IMG/VR virus record: IMGVR_UViG_3300020030_000132
Location: 1 to 6,162 of that record
Direction: 5' to 3' (one strand)
From: a virus
DNA length: 6,162 nucleotides
Of the stretch, positions 1 through 4,999 are shown one piece after another; position 1 is the stretch's first letter, and every line of letters starts with the position of its first letter. A program made the translations under genes and the position numbers. Under the pieces are notes generated by a model, which made no database searches, was not told where the DNA came from, and was given only the letters and a program-made list of their open reading frames with translations.

Positions 1-121
1 CGTATCCATATGGGAGAAGAGCAAGGCATTAGAAAAAACTTCGAAGACAATCAAATTTAATACCAGGACGATAAAGACGACAGCGATCGAGATAAGCTAT
101 CGCAGGACTCTCGTCAGCAAA
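1..121. repeat. Left copy of an exact 121-nt terminal direct repeat (identical to 6042..6162). This is a circular-genome assembly overlap; the unit length is 6041 nt.
   Basis: Base-by-base comparison shows 1..121 identical to 6042..6162, and the repeat reaches both window edges. It carries the first 29 nt of the Rep CDS (1..29) and the 3' 93 nt of the 66-aa ORF (29..121). The gene order is therefore continuous only when the ends are joined. Confidence 0.97.
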
Positions 122-229
122 CCAAGCGATAGTAACTCGCTTTTTACCTCGATATACGCCAACAGAATAACGAAAAGGGACGCCATCAACAATAGGAGAA
201 AACCTAGGCCTGAAATCAAAATAATCCAT
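29..229 (-). CDS. Hypothetical 66-aa protein, mildly basic, immediately upstream of Rep and overlapping it by 1 nt.
   Basis: ATG start (reverse complement of 227..229) and TAA stop at 29..31. On the coding strand the junction reads TAATG, so the last A of the stop is the A of the Rep ATG (27..29). It is the first ORF after the main noncoding region, on the same strand as all other genes, and overlaps no larger gene. About 12 K/R versus 7 D/E. I recognise no motif. A partial second copy lies in 6070..6162. Confidence 0.6.
   Translation of the reverse strand: MDYFDFRPRFSPIVDGVPFRYSVGVYRGKKRVTIAWFADESPAIAYLDRCRLYRPGIKFDCLRSFF
52..59 (-). promoter_or_regulatory. Exact match to the Bacteroidota -7 promoter motif TAnnTTTG (TAAATTTG), 22 nt upstream of the Rep ATG. 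Weak candidate.
   Basis: Plus strand caaattta at 52..59, duplicated at 6093..6100. I counted at least 9 exact TAnnTTTG matches on the coding strand of this window, so the motif alone does not discriminate. I saw no properly spaced TTTG -33 element. Confidence 0.2.
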
Positions 230-467
230 AATTTAAAAATATTACTCTACGCTTCGAAAGACGGTACTTTCGAGCGCGAGAACTACTACGTTTCGCCGCT
301 CGACGGCCTTAACGGCCGGGACGCTTCGCGTCTTCGAGCTCCGTGGCTCCACTTCGTTTGGGATATACCGGCAAAGCCGGTGATTACAAAAGCCCACAGG
401 AGAAAGGGATATCTCCTGGGGCCTAGTGAGTCAAAGGACTCTTCCACCGAGCGGGCGGGTCACTACT
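230..467 (-). promoter_or_regulatory. Main noncoding region (238 nt), GC- and CpG-rich with a cluster of hairpins. Candidate location for transcription termination, promoter(s) and a replication or complementary-strand origin.
   Basis: There is no credible ORF on the coding strand. My hand count for 251..467 is 125 G+C of 217 nt (about 58%), visibly richer than the flanking coding sequence.

Hairpins, given as plus-strand coordinates (they form on either strand):
- 254..260/267..273: tcgaaag/ctttcga, 7 bp, 6-nt loop
- 270..276/297..303: tcgagcg/cgctcga, 7 bp; competes with the previous hairpin
- 304..308/314..318: cggcc/ggccg
- 320..324/328..332: gacgc/gcgtc
- 366..370/376..380: accgg/ccggt
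- 392..422: 11 bp

The tetranucleotide TTCG recurs at 253, 269, 292, 325, 333 and 353. Confidence 0.6.
388..422 (-). terminator. Rho-independent-type terminator for the minus-strand transcription unit.
   Basis: The stem is 397..403 (caggaga) with 412..418 (tctcctg), plus 392..395 (gccc) with 419..422 (gggc), with one bulged base (a396) and an 8-nt loop. On the coding strand TTTT follows directly (plus-strand aaaa at 388..391). It lies 46 nt downstream of the stop of the last gene in the block (468). Confidence 0.55.
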
Positions 468-791
468 TTAGTGCCCTTTCCCTTCTTCTTCCGACGCGCT
501 TTCATCATCAGGCAAATCAAGATCAAAAATAAGAACAAGAGTGTTATCGAAAAACTCAATCGCAAAATTAGGATACGAGATCAGGGTTGCGATCAGATCC
601 GAAATAGAATGATGCTCGATGTAGGGCGAATCAGAAACGCTGGAACACTCTACATACTTTGAAAAAGGAGCACACTTAAGAGTGTCAAGAGGAAGTGTCG
701 TAAACTGGCCATCTTTAAGATAACCTATCTGGACAAGATCGACCTTAATGGCAGGGTTAACACGACGAATAACAATATGAGTCTGTGTCAT
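468..791 (-). CDS. Hypothetical 107-aa acidic protein with a C-terminal tail DLDLPDDESASEEEGKGH.
   Basis: I prefer the ATG at 789..791, which begins MTQTHIVIRRV. It lies 7 nt after the TAA of the upstream ORF (799..801). The ORF-track start at 869 is TTG and would overlap the upstream gene by 71 nt. TAA stop at 468..470. About 17 D/E versus 7 K/R. No recognised motif. Confidence 0.55.
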   Translation of the reverse strand: MTQTHIVIRRVNPAIKVDLVQIGYLKDGQFTTLPLDTLKCAPFSKYVECSSVSDSPYIEHHSISDLIATLISYPNFAIEFFDNTLVLIFDLDLPDDESASEEEGKGH

Positions 792-798
792 AACGATA

Positions 799-1119
799 TT
801 ATTTAAAATTATTTTGAAAAGCAGAGCAAAAACGACGCCAAGCGAAGGACTGATCGAACCAAAAGCCAACGCCTTCGGGTGTTCTAGAGAATACGAAACT
901 CATAGCAATAATATCGCCTACGACTGAATGAGACGGATGCAATGAATTTTGAATTCGACGACGAAGCATAGATCGAAATGACTTCTCGTGGTTCTTATCA
1001 AACTCGCAGTTTGATCTAAAAGCATGATATACACCTCGGCGAATAAGCCACTCTACGAACGCGTACTCCATGACATCGACTAACAGTTTGTCGTCTACAG
1101 ATTGTTTAGGCATTTTCAT
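799..1119 (-). CDS. Hypothetical 106-aa basic protein.
   Basis: ATG at 1117..1119, beginning MKMPKQSVDD. A second ATG lies at 1111..1113. The ORF-track start at 1158 is TTG and falls inside the AT-rich spacer. TAA stop at 799..801. About 16 K/R versus 11 D/E. It contains a Trp/Phe-rich C-terminal block, FSRTPEGVGFWFDQSFAWRRF, which I cannot assign to a named family. Confidence 0.6.
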   Translation of the reverse strand: MKMPKQSVDDKLLVDVMEYAFVEWLIRRGVYHAFRSNCEFDKNHEKSFRSMLRRRIQNSLHPSHSVVGDIIAMSFVFSRTPEGVGFWFDQSFAWRRFCSAFQNNFK

Positions 1120-1146
1120 AATATAAAGATTATTGGTTTGACAATG

Positions 1147-1154
1147 CAAATATA
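1147..1154 (-). promoter_or_regulatory. Candidate Bacteroidota-type -7 promoter element TAnnTTTG (TATATTTG) in the VP2/106-aa spacer.
   Basis: Plus strand caaatata at 1147..1154. It lies in a genuinely noncoding, AT-rich 63-nt spacer (1120..1182), 27 nt upstream of the ATG at 1119. The expected -33 position has only TTTTCTGG (1180..1173), not an exact TTTG. The motif is common in this genome (at least 9 copies). Confidence 0.3.
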
Positions 1155-1182
1155 ACAAAAGAAAATGAAATTCCAGAAAAAA

Positions 1183-2556
1183 TTAACGCGAACGACGAGA
1201 ATTATTGTACGAACTCGAATAACCACTACGATTCATTTCGGTTTTAGCATAACCAACAACATTACCCTTATAGTCATAACGAGTAGTCGTAGAGGAGGTT
1301 GTAGAATTGGCGGAAGAACCACCGGCAGAAATAGTACCAGCAGCACGAGACATTCCACCCCGAATAATACCAGCACCAACAACGCTACCAGCGACGCCAA
1401 TAAGCGCTTTCGAAATCTCGACATACGGATCAAGTTTTGCGTTACGAAGGGCGATGCGAGCCTGCTCGGGGAGAAACTCAGAAGCGACCGATTGATTTAT
1501 GACGGTTTTATTATGAAAATCCTTAAGAGACATAGAAACCTTAAAAGAACGGGGGCCAGGATTTGCACGAACAACAGGATTAGAACTACGGAGATTCTTT
1601 TCGTACTGGGGGTTCGGAATCTCAACGTCAAACTGCTTATCCCAGTTATTCGAAAGTTCAAAGGCGGAATCAAGATTATCAAGACGGAGAGATTGAATTA
1701 CCTCGCGGGCCTGTTCACCAAGAATCTGATTGAGTGCGCCTTGGGTATTCATCATAAAAGCCTGGGCAGACATAAGTTTGCCTAAATTTTCATTCTCGAT
1801 ACCCAAATTCTTAACCATCGCAGCAACAAGAGCAGCCTGATTCTTCTTTTCGTCAATAGCACTCAAAAGAGTACTATCGGAAATAAATCGATTATTCTTT
1901 TCTATATCCTCCTGAATCTTAAGAACATCACGAGCGGCCAAATTGTGAGCAGCGATAGCCGCATCAAGGTCAACACGGGCTCTAGCCATAGCAACATAAA
2001 GTTGATTGCCAACATTCTGATCGTCAATAGAACGAGCCTCAGCCTCATCACGAGCAGCAGCAGCCTTATTGCGCTCGATAGTCGAATTAACACCCATGGC
2101 ATCAAGGGCAACTCCAGCAGCAGCAGAACCAACACCGGGAGGCAAGGGGCTCGAGAAATCAAAAGATCCACCAGAAGGGCCAGAAGCACCTACAGAACCA
2201 GAAGAACCACCAGACATGGTAGCATTGACGCCAACACCTGAAGAGCCAAGAACGGCAGCGGGCGAAATACCGGCCTTAAGATAGCGATCAAAGACTTTCG
2301 ATGGGTCGTTGTAGGCATTCTCATAATCAAACTGCTTTTGCCAATTAGCATAGTTAATTTCACCCTGCTTCTGCATCTGTTCCAACGCATACTGTTGCTG
2401 AAGCTTCATTTGCTTCTGCTGATATTTCCATTGTCTCTTGAGCGAGGGTTTGAATAGGCCAGAGGCGACCTGACCACCAGCAGAAATGCCAGCAGCGCCG
2501 AGTATAGCACCTGTGGAAACAGGCTCAACGTAAGACTTAAAATCAACAAGTCTCAT
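1183..2556 (-). CDS. VP2: Microviridae VP2-type minor capsid / DNA pilot protein (457 aa).
   Basis: ATG at 2554..2556 and TAA at 1183..1185. It is the second-largest ORF and lies downstream of VP1 on the same strand.

The architecture matches VP2/pilot proteins of gokushovirus- and alpavirus-like phages as I remember them:
- a Gly/Ala-rich hydrophobic N-terminus (GAILGAAGISAGGQVASG)
- a Lys/Gln-rich helical block (QWKYQQKQMKLQQQYALEQMQKQ)
- the block YENAYNDPSKVFDRYLKAGISPAAVLG
- long Gly/Ser/Ala low-complexity tracts and predicted coiled-coil-like Ala/Glu/Arg segments

This is recognition by eye, not a search. Confidence 0.8.
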   Translation of the reverse strand: MRLVDFKSYVEPVSTGAILGAAGISAGGQVASGLFKPSLKRQWKYQQKQMKLQQQYALEQMQKQGEINYANWQKQFDYENAYNDPSKVFDRYLKAGISPAAVLGSSGVGVNATMSGGSSGSVGASGPSGGSFDFSSPLPPGVGSAAAGVALDAMGVNSTIERNKAAAARDEAEARSIDDQNVGNQLYVAMARARVDLDAAIAAHNLAARDVLKIQEDIEKNNRFISDSTLLSAIDEKKNQAALVAAMVKNLGIENENLGKLMSAQAFMMNTQGALNQILGEQAREVIQSLRLDNLDSAFELSNNWDKQFDVEIPNPQYEKNLRSSNPVVRANPGPRSFKVSMSLKDFHNKTVINQSVASEFLPEQARIALRNAKLDPYVEISKALIGVAGSVVGAGIIRGGMSRAAGTISAGGSSANSTTSSTTTRYDYKGNVVGYAKTEMNRSGYSSSYNNSRRSR

Positions 2557-2557
2557 A

Positions 2558-2749
2558 TTACGGAAGTGTAAAATTGTTCGAGCGAATAATGTAGTCTATG
2601 CGAACAGTATCAATATGAACACCTGTCCGAGCAACCTTGGCTTGCGCAGAACACGAAGCAAGGAAAAAAGCCGAAAGGGCAGCGATTATAGACGAAACGA
2701 GCGTCCAAAAAGCCTTCGACTTATAGAAAGGTTGTTTAGCGTCTGACAT
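2558..2749 (-). CDS. Small putative lipoprotein (63-aa precursor, predicted 31-aa mature lipopeptide); function unknown.
   Basis: ATG at 2747..2749. The TAA at 2558..2560 ends 1 nt before the VP2 ATG (TAA-T-ATG). The ORF does not overlap other genes.

The N-terminus reads MSDAKQPFYKSK, then the hydrophobic core AFWTLVSSIIAALSAFF, then LASC (Leu30-Ala31-Ser32-Cys33, Cys codon at 2651..2653). This fits the lipobox consensus [LVI][ASTVI][GAS]C at a typical distance from the start. Confidence 0.7.
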   Translation of the reverse strand: MSDAKQPFYKSKAFWTLVSSIIAALSAFFLASCSAQAKVARTGVHIDTVRIDYIIRSNNFTLP

Positions 2750-2763
2750 AATATTAAAATTTT

Positions 2764-2775
2764 AAGTAAAGAACG
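2764..2775. repeat. 12-nt exact direct repeat aagtaaagaacg, copy 1 (partner at 2874..2885).
   Basis: The sequence is identical at 2764..2775 and 2874..2885. The extended similarity is t[t/c]aagtaaagaacg[a]ta. The two copies sit 110 nt apart and bracket the long hairpin. On the coding strand the motif reads CGTTCTTTACTT. One copy lies 2 nt after the stop of the 98-aa ORF and the other 14 nt before the ATG of the lipoprotein ORF. My rough chance expectation for an exact 12-mer repeat within a 138-nt region is below 1e-3. Confidence 0.9.
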
Positions 2776-2779
2776 ATAG

Positions 2780-2857
2780 AAAAATGCGCGGCCTCTCCTG
2801 CAGTCGTTACCAATAACCTTCAGCAATTCACGGACTCTTACAGAAGGGGTCCGCGCA
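2780..2857 (-). terminator. Long imperfect hairpin (73 nt) followed by T5 on the coding strand. Candidate leaky internal terminator/attenuator or ssDNA structural element such as a complementary-strand origin.
   Basis: - Outer stem: 2785..2791 (tgcgcgg) with 2851..2857 (ccgcgca), 7 bp.
- One bulged base: 2850.
- Second stem: 2792..2800 (cctctcctg) with 2841..2849 (cagaagggg), 9 positions with one mismatch and one wobble.
- Apical region: 40 nt (2801..2840) with further short pairing (2802..2805 agtc with 2833..2836 gact).
- On the coding strand the structure is followed by TTTTT (plus-strand aaaaa at 2780..2784).

The assignment as a terminator is an inference. The loop is much larger than in canonical intrinsic terminators. 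Confidence 0.4.
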
Positions 2858-2873
2858 CGTAACATATATCGTC

Positions 2874-2885
2874 AAGTAAAGAACG
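2874..2885. repeat. 12-nt exact direct repeat aagtaaagaacg, copy 2 (partner at 2764..2775).
   Basis: See copy 1. Identity was verified base by base. Confidence 0.9.
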
Positions 2886-2887
2886 TA

Positions 2888-3184
2888 CTATTTTTCTTCA
2901 GGATCAGTAGGATTTGAAGCGGGCTTGGACTTATCGAGTTGTGAATCAATAAGTTCCTGACCAACCTCGAGACCGTCAAACTTATCCATCCGAGAGAAGG
3001 AATTAGGGTCAAAATCAATATCAGGATTAAATTTCTCTCCCTTTTCAAAGTCAGAAGGTTCAGCCCTCACGTCTGGACGACCAGGAAGAACGTCGACAGA
3101 ACCAGAACCGTCGAGAACAGAAAGAATACGCTGCCCGCGAGAAATATATGCGGGGGCATCTTCGAGTAACCAATCAAGCGCCAT
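2888..3184 (-). CDS. Hypothetical 98-aa highly acidic protein directly downstream of VP1. Possibly a scaffolding (VP3-like) protein, judged by position and composition only.
   Basis: ATG at 3182..3184, 12 nt after the VP1 stop. TAG at 2888..2890. About 22 D/E versus 11 K/R (net about -11). It is rich in Pro, Asp and Ser and looks largely disordered, for example PDIDFDPNSFSRMDKFDGLEVGQELIDSQLDK. I recognise no motif. The functional label is inference. Confidence 0.65.
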   Translation of the reverse strand: MALDWLLEDAPAYISRGQRILSVLDGSGSVDVLPGRPDVRAEPSDFEKGEKFNPDIDFDPNSFSRMDKFDGLEVGQELIDSQLDKSKPASNPTDPEEK

Positions 3185-3196
3185 AAAATAAATGTA

Positions 3197-4996
3197 TTAA
3201 CGATTAGACAAACGAGTTGCGAATGTTTTGTTAATTAAATTCTTCTTCTGAACCGCATAAGACATATTTACAAAGAAATTATCCTCTACGTTAGAAACGA
3301 AAGGTGAATTAACCTGTTCCATATCTACAAAAAGAGCAGGATAATAATTAGCCTGAGCGGAGCCTACATACGAAAAGCCAAGCGACCGCTGTTGAACCCA
3401 ATACGAATAAAGAGGCTTCTGAGAGCTAGCCGAAGGAGCAGGGTACGAAGACAAGGAGCCTAATACTTCATCATAAGACGAGCGAAACTCGTTAAAACAA
3501 GGCTCGTAGGCGACGGCAAGGCCAAGGTTTGAACCCGCAGCATTACTGAAAAGTCGCGCCGCAGGAACGTCCTGATATCCAATGTCGTTGTAGATGGGGT
3601 TAAAATAATCAGAACCTTGATAATTTAAATAGTCAGGAGTAACGCCGCTCCAAAAATAAACGGGACGAATGCTCAGCATATCAATCATATAGCCAGGCTC
3701 GCGAAAATAATAAGACTGTCGACGACCAAGGCGATCGTTGAAAGCAATAGCACCGCCCTGCTGGCCAAGAGGACCCATCGACGAATCGCCGCCGAAGTTG
3801 TTGAATCCAGCTTGATTCATAACAACCTGAACGTTGACAGTCTGCGAGGCACTAAAAAGCAACTTAGGCCTATCGACGTGCTCAATCTTAGAAGCAAAAA
3901 ACGTTTCCAACCAACCACTATAACGATTATCGCCGGCGCCAAGCAGGTCCTTGTATTCCTGAAGACGAGAAGCGATAGCTAACTGCGGAATAGTACTTAC
4001 GCCCGACATAGAAACGGCGGACGAAGATCCCACAGGAATGAGGCGGCTAAATCGGTCGGGATTCGAAGGCACAACAGCCATAGGATGCGCAAACAAAAAG
4101 GCCGAAATGCCAGAAACAGGGGACTTGCCTACAGCGACGGAAAACTGACCCTCAGGGCCGCCTCCGGGGACGATATTAGCAGTACTAGGCAACGTGGAAG
4201 AAACGGGGTAGCCGTCTTGGTCAGAACCAGCCGGAAGCTGAGAATCGATTATCTGGAAAAACAGATTGCCTCTATTAAAAGTATTGTTTGTACTCGAAAC
4301 AGCAGACGGGTAAAACTGACTCTCAAAATAAGCATCAAGAAACTCCAGGTTGGCGAACTCCTGCTTGAAAAAAGAGGCTTTAGAACTAAAAGAATACGAA
4401 TCGGACGCAATCGACCAAGAAGCGGGCCACGCGATTGAATACAAAGACCACTGCGAATAACTATAATAATTTCGAACGATATCCCAATAGGCTAAATAAG
4501 TATCAGCATTCGCCCATTGATTAACCGCAGCGCCAGAAGAAAGACTGACAGTGTAAGGGGGTTGATTAGAAAGTTGCAGCGACGTCTTATTGGAAACGCG
4601 AAGCCAAGACATAAGCGAATTAGGGTAGGCGCGGGAAGCACCAATAGCAGAATTGGGGGAAGAAGTACCCGCGGTGCCAACAAGGGCGGTAATCCAATTC
4701 AAGCTCAACTCGTTCATATCAAACTTACTACTATTCGTTCGCATCTCCGGATGATACAACTGAAGCGGCACCCAAAAACGGTGAAGTCGAATAACATAGG
4801 GATTGAACGTCGGGACAGCAAGCGGGTTGCTGCGAACATCAATACCCTGCTCAATGGACACACGATCCCGGGCGTTAATAAAATCGATACGCACCGGATA
4901 TAAAATACCCGGTGTACATGTAAAGGCCTTACTCTCAGGAACATCGTATCGAGAGTAGCCGTTAACAACGTGAGAAATAAAAGGTTGTTTTCCCAT
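3197..4996 (-). CDS. VP1: Microviridae major capsid protein VP1 (F-protein family), 599 aa.
   Basis: This is the largest ORF, with ATG at 4994..4996 and TAA at 3197..3199. The N-terminal region (SRYDVPESKAFTCTPGILYPVRIDFINARDRVSIEQGIDVRSNPLAVPTFNPYVIRLHRFWVPLQLY) and later blocks (YLAYWDIVRNYYS, and FNDRLGRRQSYYFREPGYMIDMLSIRP near the C-terminal third) look like the conserved jelly-roll blocks of the phage F / VP1 capsid family (Pfam Phage_F) as I remember them. The genome size, single-strand coding and neighbouring Rep gene support the call. Confidence 0.93.
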   Translation of the reverse strand: MGKQPFISHVVNGYSRYDVPESKAFTCTPGILYPVRIDFINARDRVSIEQGIDVRSNPLAVPTFNPYVIRLHRFWVPLQLYHPEMRTNSSKFDMNELSLNWITALVGTAGTSSPNSAIGASRAYPNSLMSWLRVSNKTSLQLSNQPPYTVSLSSGAAVNQWANADTYLAYWDIVRNYYSYSQWSLYSIAWPASWSIASDSYSFSSKASFFKQEFANLEFLDAYFESQFYPSAVSSTNNTFNRGNLFFQIIDSQLPAGSDQDGYPVSSTLPSTANIVPGGGPEGQFSVAVGKSPVSGISAFLFAHPMAVVPSNPDRFSRLIPVGSSSAVSMSGVSTIPQLAIASRLQEYKDLLGAGDNRYSGWLETFFASKIEHVDRPKLLFSASQTVNVQVVMNQAGFNNFGGDSSMGPLGQQGGAIAFNDRLGRRQSYYFREPGYMIDMLSIRPVYFWSGVTPDYLNYQGSDYFNPIYNDIGYQDVPAARLFSNAAGSNLGLAVAYEPCFNEFRSSYDEVLGSLSSYPAPSASSQKPLYSYWVQQRSLGFSYVGSAQANYYPALFVDMEQVNSPFVSNVEDNFFVNMSYAVQKKNLINKTFATRLSNR

Positions 4997-4999
4997 AAA

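Noticed and set aside
1-121. The terminal repeats as LTRs, phage direct terminal repeats, or the boundaries of a mobile element.
   Set aside because: The repeats are direct and perfectly identical. They end exactly at the window edges and cut through coding sequence (Rep and the 66-aa ORF). This is the expected artefact of linearising a circular assembly. No transposase or integrase is present.
253-259. TTCGAAA in the noncoding region, considered as a tRNA T-loop.
   Set aside because: The flanking 5-nt segments (tacgc and gacgg) cannot pair. No acceptor or anticodon arms can be drawn on either strand.
1429-1436. An 8-nt match on the coding strand (AACTTGAT) to the core of the phiX174 origin, CAACTTGATATTAATAAC.
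   Set aside because: The match does not extend: CCGTATGT follows instead of ATTAATAA. It lies inside VP2 rather than Rep or an intergenic region. An 8-mer match to some part of an 18-nt query is expected by chance in 6 kb. My scan by eye was not exhaustive.
1233-2390. Four Leu-rich ORFs (61 to 95 aa) in the +1 frame of VP2, considered as embedded E-like lysis genes.
   Set aside because: The best of them (1902..2189) starts at GTG. The sequences are near-random Leu/Arg/Val low complexity derived from frame-shifting Gly/Ser/Ala-rich codons. The same +1-frame openness appears in VP1 and Rep, which indicates a composition effect. Only the ATG-initiated ORF in Rep was kept, as a low-interest finding.
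2785-2857. A possible tRNA: a 73-nt element closed by a 7-bp stem, which is tRNA-sized.
   Set aside because: On neither strand is there a D-stem complement after positions 8-9. The would-be T-loop reads TACAGAA rather than TTCRANN, and its stem needs two G-T pairs. No cloverleaf can be drawn. The sequence folds better as one long imperfect hairpin.
2851-2881. A dif-like XerC/XerD site. GCGCACGTAACATATAT resembles the left arm and spacer of E. coli dif, GGTGCGCATAATGTATA. This would be relevant because some Bacteroidales microvirus prophages are thought to integrate through Xer recombination.
   Set aside because: The similarity needs a 2-nt insertion and is confined to the XerC-arm side. The XerD-arm equivalent (TCGTCAAGTAAA versus TTATGTTAAAT) does not match, and the two arms are not inverted repeats. 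The match is too weak to call without the host dif sequence.
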